Shown piece by piece: positions 40,119 to 48,940 of a stretch of DNA of 64,000 bases. The position numbers were made by a program, and so were the translations under genes. This DNA comes from an uncultured virus (IMG/VR IMGVR_UViG_3300028048_003121). Taxonomy: Duplodnaviria > Heunggongvirae > Uroviricota > Caudoviricetes. The stretch is from IMG/VR virus record IMGVR_UViG_3300028048_003121, one strand, 5' to 3'. Position 1 is the stretch's first letter; every line of letters starts with the position of its first letter. Under the pieces are notes generated by a model. It was not told the origin of the DNA and did not search any database. It saw only the letters and a program-made list of their open reading frames with translations.

Positions 40119-40959
40119 GCTGTTGTTTGTTAAACTTATCTTCCTGGATAATCATCCAACTCACGAAATGATGCTTAGCATCTCCAAGGTTCTGGTGCAG
40201 CTTGCCGGAGGCCTTGACTTCCTGACTCCAGCGGTCAAGATAGTCATCAAGCATCTGAACGTTGACGTTCAAAAACTTGAACCGCATGAAAATCTGCTCC
40301 TTCCAGATAGGACTCTGACGAAGCTCTGCAACCTCAGCATCCACACCATCACACACCACCGTGTCATCACACTCCACCAACGCAAGCTCACCTTCGCGTG
40401 CGCGGATATCCGCACTCGAAGAGTGCTTTACTTTACTTTCCTTTACTTTACTTTGTGTACTTATTCCGGAGTTTATCGGAGTTTCTTCCGTATTATCATC
40501 AGTTATTTCGGAAATAACTTGGTTTTTTTCGGGAATAATCTCACTTTCTTCGGAAATAACTGATATTTCCTTATCATCGAGCATCCTGTAAGGCAGATAG
40601 GCTGGAAGACGACGCTTGGCGACGGCACAGAAGTCGAAGAAACGTTTCTGAATACCACGGGATGTTAGGACGTTATTCTGCTCGTAGAGTGCCTTATCGA
40701 ACAATCCTATATTAAAGCAATAATCTATAACCTCCTGCACGTAAACTTCCTCTAAATGCGCTATTTCAGAGACGGTAAAGGGGATATCCTCATCCCAAAG
40801 CAGATAGTAGCCGGAGGCATAAATCTGACAAAGGAGAATGTGATAGACAGATACAGCCTGGACACCCTTATAGCGTATCAGCTTACGGATCTTGATATCT
40901 TGGTAGAAATTCACATCAATGGTGAAATATTCCATACCTTGCTTCTTTGGACGGGACAT
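39991..40959 (-). CDS. DUF4373 (Lin1244-like) replication initiator
   Basis: MSRPKKQGMEYF..D..FYQDIKIRKL; VLTSRGIQKRF; internal 21-bp repeats. Confidence 0.8.
   Translation of the reverse strand: MSRPKKQGMEYFTIDVNFYQDIKIRKLIRYKGVQAVSVYHILLCQIYASGYYLLWDEDIPFTVSEIAHLEEVYVQEVIDYCFNIGLFDKALYEQNNVLTSRGIQKRFFDFCAVAKRRLPAYLPYRMLDDKEISVISEESEIIPEKNQVISEITDDNTEETPINSGISTQSKVKESKVKHSSSADIRAREGELALVECDDTVVCDGVDAEVAELRQSPIWKEQIFMRFKFLNVNVQMLDDYLDRWSQEVKASGKLHQNLGDAKHHFVSWMIIQEDKFNKQQHEHGTDNNNGYRSSEDIYAGAARIMQELRAEGAAPKRKLPVV
40506..40570. repeat. 21-bp-period iteron-like repeats, set 1
   Basis: TTTCGGAAATAAC / TTTCGGGAATAAT / CTTCGGAAATAAC at 21-nt spacing. Confidence 0.7.
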
Positions 40960-40965
40960 AATACA

Positions 40966-41442
40966 CTATATTTGAGGGTTTTTACCGGAATAATTCTTAT
41001 CGACGGGAGTTTTTTCGGAAATAACTTGGGTTATTTCGGGAATAACTACAGTTTCTTCCGAATAAACAAGTCTTAACTGAGTATTAACGAAGAAATAAGG
41101 CAGGTCAGAGCCTATATTCTTCTCATCTCCGAGGATATTCCCTGCAGGAATAGCCAGCACATGACGGTCGGCATACTTAGCCTGGTCCAGAAAACCGTTC
41201 TTGACCATACGATGCACGACCATATCTACAAGACGCTCTGAAACGTTGTTACGTCCAGCGACCTTATCCCTGAACTCCTTGCAATAAGGAGTCTCAAAAC
41301 CAGTCTCAGTAGTCTCGATCAGAATGTCGAGAACCAACTTAGACCCCTTGAAGCCAAACTCTTTCTCGATGGCTCTCACAAACGGATGTTTGAAAAAACC
41401 CCTGGAAAGGTGGATTGCTTCGGCTGTTAAAGATTCAATCAT
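40966..41442 (-). CDS. Degenerate DUF4373-like paralogue
   Basis: FFKHPFVRAIEKEFGFKG; GFLDQAKY..HVL; same internal repeats as the neighbour. Confidence 0.6.
   Translation of the reverse strand: MIESLTAEAIHLSRGFFKHPFVRAIEKEFGFKGSKLVLDILIETTETGFETPYCKEFRDKVAGRNNVSERLVDMVVHRMVKNGFLDQAKYADRHVLAIPAGNILGDEKNIGSDLPYFFVNTQLRLVYSEETVVIPEITQVISEKTPVDKNYSGKNPQI
41013..41067. repeat. 21-bp-period iteron-like repeats, set 2
   Basis: TTTCGGAAATAAC / TTTCGGGAATAAC / CTTCCGAATAAAC at 21-nt spacing. Confidence 0.7.
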
Positions 41443-41472
41443 AATAATATATTTATAAGTTAATAACTCGGC

Positions 41473-41700
41473 TTACGCCAGATCAAGACCATCCAGGAGT
41501 ACCTTCATGGCTAACTCCTGAGCAGAAATAACACTGACACCGGCCCTACGCTGGTTCTCGAACTCCTCAGAAGCTTTCTCGGCACGCTCGTTAATAAACT
41601 GCTGGTCAAACAGCTTCTCGTTACGCTGCTGGCGTAAAACTCCCCTCAGATAGCTGCTGTAGTAGTTGGGAGTGTTCTGTTGAAATTCTTGCTTATCCAT
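41473..41700 (-). CDS. DUF1896-like protein
   Basis: YY..YL...FINERAEKASEEFE..RRAG....AQELAMKVLLDGL. Confidence 0.7.
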   Translation of the reverse strand: MDKQEFQQNTPNYYSSYLRGVLRQQRNEKLFDQQFINERAEKASEEFENQRRAGVSVISAQELAMKVLLDGLDLA

Positions 41701-41739
41701 AGCTGTATTTCATTAAATAAATATTTAAGTATTTTCGTG

Positions 41740-42099
41740 TTACTTTTTATATTGATATTCATATATATAAATATGACCATTTGAGCCAACCTCGTAAACC
41801 CAGTCACAGACGGGTGAAGGAAGCTCAGTAGAGGTTTTTTCCTGGTCTTGCATAACTTCATTATAGCGCGACTCAAAAAAACTGAAAAGAACGAATAACA
41901 AGATGACGGCAATGACACCTAATATGGATTTCAGATTTCTATGCTCAATCTTACGATATTCAATACAGAGCGTTATAAGCACCGTCCATAACAACACAGT
42001 AACTAAAACGGCGCCACTGAAAGCCATACCCAGGATCCACCACCTTGCAGGATGGTCAAGGATGCCGGAACCTAATATAAAAATCAAAAAGTTCATCAT
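41740..42099 (-). CDS. Membrane protein
   Basis: 2-3 TM segments; AT-rich. Confidence 0.55.
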   Translation of the reverse strand: MMNFLIFILGSGILDHPARWWILGMAFSGAVLVTVLLWTVLITLCIEYRKIEHRNLKSILGVIAVILLFVLFSFFESRYNEVMQDQEKTSTELPSPVCDWVYEVGSNGHIYIYEYQYKK

Positions 42100-42126
42100 A
42101 TCGTATATTCTTTATCGGTGATTCAT

Positions 42127-42612
42127 TCAATAACGTAGATCCGTGAAATGGAGAATGACTCCATTCATAACTTTTTTCTTCCTGGTCTTCATAAACCAGT
42201 CAACAAAATCATCTGCAGAAAGACCGTCATTCTGGGCGACATCAAGAAAAGTGGGATAATGGAAATCACCACTGGCCTGACGAACACCGATAAACTTGTC
42301 CCAAGGAGCACGGAAATCCAAGGTGACACGCTGGGTACCTAATTTGGTGTGACGGGCAATCTCTATCTGATGACTGCCTGGCTCGTAGGGCTTACCGCTC
42401 CACTGCCTGACAGAGAGAACAGCCCTGCCAGCGTTAATCTCTTCCGCTCTGTGTTCCCACAACTCTGCATTTCCACGGATGGTGTGTTTCTTGACACCTT
42501 CCTCTTTCTTGGTCTTGAAACCGGTAGGCTCACCGGCTCTGGGGTGAGTCTTTGGGAACTCACGCGAGAGCATCAGAACGTATGTCTTCATCTTCTTTGC
42601 CATCTTCATCAC
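42127..42612 (-). CDS. ASCH/PUA-like phage protein
   Basis: KKHTIR; LSVRQWSGKPY; AQNDGLS..DF.DWF. Confidence 0.65.
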   Translation of the reverse strand: MMKMAKKMKTYVLMLSREFPKTHPRAGEPTGFKTKKEEGVKKHTIRGNAELWEHRAEEINAGRAVLSVRQWSGKPYEPGSHQIEIARHTKLGTQRVTLDFRAPWDKFIGVRQASGDFHYPTFLDVAQNDGLSADDFVDWFMKTRKKKVMNGVILHFTDLRY

Positions 42613-43343
42613 TATTTAAGTTGACCGGCAGCTCTACCAGAGGTGTTGAGCTGCTTACTAAGATTAACATTTCTTCCATCGTCAAAGCCAGCATTAAAGC
42701 CGTCAGGACGTACCTTGGTAGCAGAACTACGACGAGCCTTACCGATGGACTTAGAAGCCAGATAGTCTTTGATAAGTTCCTTATGGCAGACCATCAGACC
42801 CGTTTCCTGAGAGGTGGGCTGCTGGGCCTCGTAGTTTTCCTGCAGACCTCGGCTGACACCCTCCAGGTAGGAACGGAGGAAGTCTTTCTTCTTTGGCTCA
42901 GTCATAAAACGACCTGTGCCAAGATACTCGTTCTGGGCCTCGTTCAAACGCTCCATGGAGAGGCGACGGAAAACCTGTAAAAGGTATTCGTAGAACTCTT
43001 TTACGATGATGACATTGGCATCTAAGCCGACAATGTTCATCTGCTTGGTACGAGGACATACAATCACAGAACAGAGATTGTAACGGCAGATAATCATCAA
43101 CAGGTTCTGCTTCCAGCTGACACCGTACTGGTCGGCATAACTCAACGGATCTGACTCGACAATACGTGACTGCTCCTGCTGGTCGACAGCATGGATATCA
43201 CTCATGGAGAGATTATACTCCAGCAAAAGCTTACGAACCATCTTAGCAGCCTGAAAAGCCTCGCCGCTATTACCAATCTTCTCAGCACCATACTGGAGCT
43301 TCAGAAGCTTGCGAATTTTCTGAATGACAGTCTCTTTCTCCAT
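42612..43343 (-). CDS. DUF2786 domain protein
   Basis: IQKIRKLLKL...GEAFQAAKMVRKLLLEYNL; SYLEG; GFNAGFDDG. Confidence 0.8.
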   Translation of the reverse strand: MEKETVIQKIRKLLKLQYGAEKIGNSGEAFQAAKMVRKLLLEYNLSMSDIHAVDQQEQSRIVESDPLSYADQYGVSWKQNLLMIICRYNLCSVIVCPRTKQMNIVGLDANVIIVKEFYEYLLQVFRRLSMERLNEAQNEYLGTGRFMTEPKKKDFLRSYLEGVSRGLQENYEAQQPTSQETGLMVCHKELIKDYLASKSIGKARRSSATKVRPDGFNAGFDDGRNVNLSKQLNTSGRAAGQLK

Positions 43344-43351
43344 AGCAGAAC

Positions 43352-44017
43352 TTATTTAAAGGCCTTGGAATGGTCATTGATACAATGCTCTGTCTCAGGA
43401 TCATCCTTGATGGAAGGAAATACCTTTTTGCCATCAACCAGAGTCTCAGCACAATGGCTGCAAATAGTGTGGCTGCTGTCATCCCACCAACAGTTACCAT
43501 GATCGGGATGATAGCAGGGATTCTCCATGGTGCAGCCGCAGACGCGGCAAACACCCGGAATGGGCTTGTCAACAGCCTTATACAGCTCCTCAAAATCTGA
43601 GAAATAGTCATCCAGGGCAAGATACATCAGCTCAGGAGTAACCTCCTTGCTGGTGTCCATCACGAAGACACGCTTACCCATGCCGTTCATGTGACCGGCC
43701 TCGATATGCGAGGAACGTCCTGCAGGAAGCAACAAGATACAAGTATCTGCATCCTGCATGGCAGAGAAATGTTCATTGAAACGCTCAACGCTCAGACGAT
43801 CCAACAGCATACGCTTAAAATCCTTGCCATTCAGACATTTCTCCTTATAAGCACTACGTAGGTTCTGTGTGATAGAGACAGACTCCCAGACGGGAGCATC
43901 GTTACGTCCGTAGGGGTGTCTGAAGTCATAGACCTTATGACCCCGCTTGCGTAACTCCTGGACTAACTGCTGCTGGAAACCGTTTCTCCAGCTGCTGGCG
44001 ATATAGATTCTTGACAT
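43352..44017 (-). CDS. Nucleoside 2-deoxyribosyltransferase-like protein with C-terminal Zn finger
   Basis: RIYIASSWRN; LLLPAGRSSHIEAG; CRVCGCT..NPC...ICSHC. Confidence 0.7.
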   Translation of the reverse strand: MSRIYIASSWRNGFQQQLVQELRKRGHKVYDFRHPYGRNDAPVWESVSITQNLRSAYKEKCLNGKDFKRMLLDRLSVERFNEHFSAMQDADTCILLLPAGRSSHIEAGHMNGMGKRVFVMDTSKEVTPELMYLALDDYFSDFEELYKAVDKPIPGVCRVCGCTMENPCYHPDHGNCWWDDSSHTICSHCAETLVDGKKVFPSIKDDPETEHCINDHSKAFK

Positions 44018-44023
44018 AATCAG

Positions 44024-44728
44024 TTATTTAGATGGTGAATATTCCTTGTTCAGATAGGCACAGATTTCAAGAACCTGCTCAACTTTATCCAAATCAAACC
44101 AGTCCTCAGTACGGACACGGGTTTCCATATCAATCCAGAACTTATCATCAGTGGGATGCTCCAACAAGGTACGGAGCTTTCCTTCTACATTATCCGGGCC
44201 GATGCCACCGGCATAGCCGATATGAACGCCTGGAGAGGTGACAATCTCAATAGGGGTGTCGATACCGGCACCACAAGAGGCATCTAACAAGTAAGATGCA
44301 AAACGGGGACGCTGACCAGCCAAGAACTGCTTGCACAACTCAGGGGTGTGCATCTGGATAATCACCTCATCGATGAAGGGAATGGGTGCCAGACGGCGCA
44401 GCTCTGAGAAAAGACCGGCTGCTTTAAGGTTTAACTGACAACGCTTGAAGATTCTCGCATTGTTACCCAGCAACTTCTCTATCTTGAACTTCTTACCGGC
44501 GGCGACATCCAAAGCTGCCTGACCGCAGAAATGGGCAGAAAGACTCAGCTCCCTGTCTCTCAGAACAGAGATAATTAACGGATCCACAAATCTGTTACCG
44601 TTAAACTGCCAGTCATAAGACAACAGCACACCGAACTCCACAAAGGGAAATCTCTTCTGGAGCTGCACCAGACGCTTCACGTCTGTACGCTCATCAACAC
44701 CTGTAAATGTTACTTTCGTTAATTTCAT
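44024..44728 (-). CDS. PRAI-like TIM-barrel protein of phage type
   Basis: VTFTGVDE; LLDASCGAGI; GYAGGIGPDNV; WIDMET.VR. Confidence 0.7.
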   Translation of the reverse strand: MKLTKVTFTGVDERTDVKRLVQLQKRFPFVEFGVLLSYDWQFNGNRFVDPLIISVLRDRELSLSAHFCGQAALDVAAGKKFKIEKLLGNNARIFKRCQLNLKAAGLFSELRRLAPIPFIDEVIIQMHTPELCKQFLAGQRPRFASYLLDASCGAGIDTPIEIVTSPGVHIGYAGGIGPDNVEGKLRTLLEHPTDDKFWIDMETRVRTEDWFDLDKVEQVLEICAYLNKEYSPSK

Positions 44729-44850
44729 ATCTTCTTATCTTATAAATTTTGATAAACTCGACACAAAGCGCGTGATGCGCAGTACTCTTCGCAGAACCCT
44801 CAGAAGGTTCATGAAGCGCGAATGACGGTTATTGACTGGGTTACGCTTGC

Positions 44851-45036
44851 TCATGACTTAGTGACTTGGGCAACTGGAATGTATGCTTCGCGAGACTCGT
44901 CATGACAACATGGAATCCATGAGTAACCCTCAGCATGGCGATCCACATTTTCGCCATAGACGAAACGGGAACAACGGCAACGGAGCACGCAGCCCACGCC
45001 TTCACACAATAAATAGGGACTGTCTGGCATAATCAT
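44851..45036 (-). CDS. Small Cys-rich protein
   Basis: CEGVGCVLRCRCSRF. Confidence 0.5.
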   Translation of the reverse strand: MIMPDSPYLLCEGVGCVLRCRCSRFVYGENVDRHAEGYSWIPCCHDESREAYIPVAQVTKS

Positions 45037-45449
45037 TCTGATTTAATGTTCTTGTTGGAAGATGCGCTCTGAGGAACGCAGAACTTGTGCTCGGCATGAA
45101 GGCGCTTGCGGAACTTGAAAATGCTACGCTTGCGCTTCTGCTGCTCAGGGGTCAGATAATGACGAGGGGACTTGTCACGACGATAGGTACACTTCTGCTC
45201 GATGGTATTGTTCACCTTCTCGATAACGAACTGAGCGGTATCAAGATCACGGATGATGACAGGGTGGACAAACCGACGAAGCTTGTGATACCAGATGTCA
45301 TCGTCGCCAATACGGACGGCAATACGCTGCTTAGGGAGAAACAGCGGAATGACAACGCCGCTGTCACCTACGGTGACATTCTCCCAATACTCAGTATTGG
45401 TCTGCTTCAGGACGGCCTTCAAGGCCTCTAATTTCTCTTGGTTAGTCAT
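45033..45449 (-). CDS. Hypothetical protein
   Basis: 138-aa ORF. Confidence 0.65.
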   Translation of the reverse strand: MTNQEKLEALKAVLKQTNTEYWENVTVGDSGVVIPLFLPKQRIAVRIGDDDIWYHKLRRFVHPVIIRDLDTAQFVIEKVNNTIEQKCTYRRDKSPRHYLTPEQQKRKRSIFKFRKRLHAEHKFCVPQSASSNKNIKSE

Positions 45450-45460
45450 AGCGGATAATA

Positions 45461-46588
45461 TTAAATTCTAAACTCTTCATACTTGATGACACGAACTGGC
45501 TTCTGGAGCTTCCAGCCCAGCTTGGTCAAGGTTGTTGCCATGACCTTTTCTCCATTGGTCATATCGCCAGTAGAATGGTCATAGTTTTCAATGAGATAAT
45601 CACACAAAAGGGACATCATATCAAACTTACCCTCTGGTATGATGTTATTAGGATCACTTATACATGAATTAAGATAGTCAATTTTCTCGTTAGAGGTCAT
45701 GTCGTTCCATTTCTTCCCTGGGTCATCAACAACATGGGTAGCATCAACAGGGGCTTCTTCCTTTTTCTGAACCATCGGATGCTCTTCCTTACGGATGAAA
45801 CGGATGCTCTTATAATCTTCTGGAGAATATACCTTCAACACCTCGATGGTGATGACATAATCTTTCTTTGAGGTATTCTTGGAGAGGTGCAGATAGAAAG
45901 CATCCTCAACAGTCTTCCTGAAGAAACGGGTCAGAGACTTTGAAATCTCTATATCCGAGACGGAATAGGCATCAGCATATTTGTAGTATTTGAGGTTCTT
46001 GGACTTTCCGGACTTCGAGAAAACCAGGAAGATGTGACCTTTACGTGACATGACCTTGCAGGACTTCAAATCCTTATCCTTGATAAGGGTGGAGAGATCC
46101 TTGCTCAGAAAAACCCTGTTCTGACTATAGACTCCTTCATGAAGGGTCAAGACCTTGACAGGCGCATGATTGTCAGTAGAACTGTTACAATCCTTGCAGT
46201 AAGGGCTATAACCGTCAATACGAGACTTCTCATTATTGAACTGATGAAGTGGCTTTAGCTGATAGCAGCGCGTACAGAACTTGTAACCGCTGAGCGTGGA
46301 GGTGTAAGCAAGCTGCTTATCGTCCATCTCTTCAGCAGGAACATTATCATTCTTACCCTTGGCAAACTCAATGTTCCAAAGCTCCTTGACAGTCTGCCAT
46401 TCCTCATTGTTGACATAAGGACTGGCATCAAAGATGGCAGAAGGTTCCACTGTGGCCAGGAAATCGTCAATGGTAAGAACCTCACCATTATAGGCCCCTT
46501 GACAATTCTGGTGGTCGCTCATAAACTGCTCCCACATGCCAAGGTCTGTCATAAATTCTTTGAATTTTGATATGTGATTAGTAGTCAT
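45461..46588 (-). CDS. Hypothetical protein with Zn-finger
   Basis: KFCTRCYQLKPLHQF...YCKDC. Confidence 0.75.
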   Translation of the reverse strand: MTTNHISKFKEFMTDLGMWEQFMSDHQNCQGAYNGEVLTIDDFLATVEPSAIFDASPYVNNEEWQTVKELWNIEFAKGKNDNVPAEEMDDKQLAYTSTLSGYKFCTRCYQLKPLHQFNNEKSRIDGYSPYCKDCNSSTDNHAPVKVLTLHEGVYSQNRVFLSKDLSTLIKDKDLKSCKVMSRKGHIFLVFSKSGKSKNLKYYKYADAYSVSDIEISKSLTRFFRKTVEDAFYLHLSKNTSKKDYVITIEVLKVYSPEDYKSIRFIRKEEHPMVQKKEEAPVDATHVVDDPGKKWNDMTSNEKIDYLNSCISDPNNIIPEGKFDMMSLLCDYLIENYDHSTGDMTNGEKVMATTLTKLGWKLQKPVRVIKYEEFRI

Positions 46589-46795
46589 AACTGATAATAA
46601 TATAAGTTATTTTCTGACATATAGTAATTATTTGTTATCTGTACCTGGCAGAAAGTCGGGCTTGAAAGAGAAGCAATGGAGTGTGCCGCCTGCCTTACGC
46701 CAAGCAAAACCACCATCCCAAAGATGAACGACTTCTGCATCGTCTGGAATCCGGTTAACAAACTCCTTGAACTTCTTACCATCCATAAAACTTAC

Positions 46796-47188
46796 TTATT
46801 CGGCTTCGCTAACTGTCATAAAATTCTGAGAGGCACGGAGAATGGCTAATACCTGTTTGTCCTGCTTGGGGAACAAACCTACCATGGTCTTACCAATCAC
46901 ACGCTGGATCTTGTTAGCCTTACGGGAGAGCTGGTCGGCAATACTGAACTTGGTATTCATCTCGTCAAGATAGAGGCGACGCTCCTCCATCATAAGGCGA
47001 TGTTCCTCAATCTGGAGTTTCTTAAAATCCAGTTTGCAACGCTCCAAATTGACAATAGCATTGATCTGCTTGACTTGAAGCTCACCACGACGGATGTCTA
47101 TGTCCGTCTCAGCCTTCTCGTTCATTCGCTGACTGAACTCTTCTTCAAGAGCGCAGAGGTCGAAAATTTTTTCTTGACTGTCCTTCAT
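46796..47188 (-). CDS. Coiled-coil hypothetical protein
   Basis: 130-aa ORF. Confidence 0.6.
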   Translation of the reverse strand: MKDSQEKIFDLCALEEEFSQRMNEKAETDIDIRRGELQVKQINAIVNLERCKLDFKKLQIEEHRLMMEERRLYLDEMNTKFSIADQLSRKANKIQRVIGKTMVGLFPKQDKQVLAILRASQNFMTVSEAE

Positions 47189-47220
47189 AACTTTATAATT
47201 TATTTATTACTAAAATTTCC

Positions 47221-47327
47221 TTTTATACCCAGATTGGCGCTATCAATAGGGATTTCCCGTTGTATGTAGCTATATGAGCACTTCATGAGTGAATAAATTC
47301 CTCACGATAGGGGTGTACAACCGCCCC
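47221..47327 (-). ncRNA. Guide locus D: minimal scaffold plus 29-nt spacer immediately downstream of dCas12f
   Basis: Minus strand: GGGG-CGGTTGTACA-CCCC; CGTGAG...CTCATG; ...CATACAAC; spacer GGGAAATCCCTATTGATAGCGCCAATCTG (47258-47230); degenerate repeat start GGTATAAAA. Confidence 0.75.
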
Positions 47328-47337
47328 GAAAATATAG

Positions 47338-48624
47338 TTATTTTGTTTTATCTTTTATTTCTGACTCTTTAAGTTCCTTAACCTCAATACCCACAGCATC
47401 AGCCTTATACTTGATTTTCGTCTTTAAGCCGAAATAACTCCAGTTTCTCAGAACCAGACCATCACCCTTCTCATGGTCTTCCTTGGCCTGGTCTTCACGC
47501 TCTTTCTGGTTTACCAGAACAATCTTTCCACACTTGTGTTTGATAGCTAAGTTGATAAGCTCACGGGAATAGGTGTGAAGCTTGGTGTCAACATAGTTAT
47601 TTTCCTTATCATGCCAACGCTCAATTGCCTGACACTTGCGCTTACGTCCATGACCGCCCTTGGCATATTTATTATTAGCCTGACAACGTTGTACCGCAGC
47701 CTGGATCTGAGTACGGCGATAAAGAAACTCTTCCTTCGTACCTATATGGAAGAATTTAACACCGCTGTCATAAACATTCTTGGCTACGACATTCACACAA
47801 AAAACAATCGGGTGGTTGATACCCAGATAAGCGTAAAGCACCTTATTAGAATTAAGAGCCACTTTCTGGACGGGAATATCTACACAGAGGAATAGAAAAA
47901 GCTTCTGCTTCTTTTTTTCAGACTTTTTATCAAATTTCTTCTCAAAGGCAATAGATGAAGAACATACCTTTAATTCACCATCGATACAACGCTGAAGAAT
48001 AGACTCATTATTAGATCTGTCCTGCCCCAGATGACAGCAGAAAGGAATACCGAAAAGATTGAAATAATAACGGTTCACCTTCTTTACCTCGCCAGTATTG
48101 GTGTCGGTATATTCTTCCTCGGCCTTATGAAGATTTGACAAGGCACGAGCAGAGAACGGAATGGGAATATTGTTTTTATAACTCCGTAATGAACTCTCAC
48201 CAACAGCAATATTGCCGGCAGTTTCCTTGTAGGAACTGGCAACAAGCTGATTAAGACAAGTATATATGTCTGAATTAACTTTATTCTTTAAAAAAGAAGA
48301 AATCAGACGATAAGTGACATTCTGTTCACTCAGTCCTTTTTCGTCTTTAAGGATGTCTTTAGAGTCCTTGTAAGCAAGCTTGAAACCATCAGTCTTCTTG
48401 TCCTTATAGACAAAAGGCTTATTATTAATATCAAGACGCTCCAAGACATCATCCTGCAAATACATAAACTCACGGACGTTCTGTTGAACAAAACGGTGAG
48501 ATACAATCAGATTTGCAGCTCTACGAACAGCATCACGCCAGTCATATAATGTCTGCATGTACTGTTTCTTCTGTTCGGTGTCCTGTTCGTGAACACGGAT
48601 TTCTATTTTACGAGTTATAATCAT
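47338..48624 (-). CDS. Cas12f/TnpB-family RNA-guided protein with inactivated RuvC (dCas12f-like)
   Basis: ITRKIEI N-terminus; GGHGRKRK; LHTYSRELINLA; LRNWSYFGLKTKIKYKA..GIEV. RuvC-I reads YAYLGI instead of xDLGI; RuvC-II reads IVLVNQ instead of IxxEDL; no Zn finger or RuvC-III. Flanked by guide loci. Confidence 0.85.
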   Translation of the reverse strand: MIITRKIEIRVHEQDTEQKKQYMQTLYDWRDAVRRAANLIVSHRFVQQNVREFMYLQDDVLERLDINNKPFVYKDKKTDGFKLAYKDSKDILKDEKGLSEQNVTYRLISSFLKNKVNSDIYTCLNQLVASSYKETAGNIAVGESSLRSYKNNIPIPFSARALSNLHKAEEEYTDTNTGEVKKVNRYYFNLFGIPFCCHLGQDRSNNESILQRCIDGELKVCSSSIAFEKKFDKKSEKKKQKLFLFLCVDIPVQKVALNSNKVLYAYLGINHPIVFCVNVVAKNVYDSGVKFFHIGTKEEFLYRRTQIQAAVQRCQANNKYAKGGHGRKRKCQAIERWHDKENNYVDTKLHTYSRELINLAIKHKCGKIVLVNQKEREDQAKEDHEKGDGLVLRNWSYFGLKTKIKYKADAVGIEVKELKESEIKDKTK

Positions 48625-48640
48625 AATACTAAAATTTTTA

Positions 48641-48792
48641 ATTCATTCGGTGTGTTACACCACCTTGTTCAAGTTATGTCAAGTATCATTCGCTGTGTGT
48701 CACCTCATTTCTTCGGTGTTTTACACCGGGTCGATAGTGTCCACGAAAATCTTTATGCTGTGTATCACCTCATTTCTTCGGTGTTTTACACC
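48641..48792 (-). CRISPR. Mini CRISPR array B: repeat GGTGTAAAACACCGAAGAAATGAGGTGAYACACAGC, 2 spacers
   Basis: Full repeats 48757-48792 and 48692-48727 (1 mismatch); truncated repeat 48641-48661; spacers 48728-48756 (29 nt) and 48662-48691 (30 nt). Confidence 0.9.
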
Positions 48793-48814
48793 TGACTTCA
48801 CGAAAGTCCTTGAC

Positions 48815-48880
48815 TTTTAAAAATTGAGAGCGACTTCGTGAGTGGAAATTCCCTCACGTTAAGGGCATCACAGCTGCCCC
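48815..48880 (-). ncRNA. Scaffold B (tracr-like, not fused to a repeat)
   Basis: GGGCA-GCTGTGA-TGCCC; CGTGAG...CTCACG; anti-repeat GTCGCTCTCAATTT is imperfectly complementary to AAATGAGGTGAC of repeat B. Confidence 0.78.
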
Positions 48881-48940
48881 ATTTGATATAATTATTCTAT
48901 CATATTCATAATCATATTATTTAATTGATACATGTATTTA

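Noticed and set aside
44006..44019. 13/14 match of an array-B spacer at the start codon of 43352-44017
   Set aside because: Chance-level length
47338..48624. IS200/IS605 transposon TnpB or an active type V immune system
   Set aside because: No tnpA or IS ends recognised, catalytic residues are lost, there is no adaptation module, and a perfect self-target is tolerated
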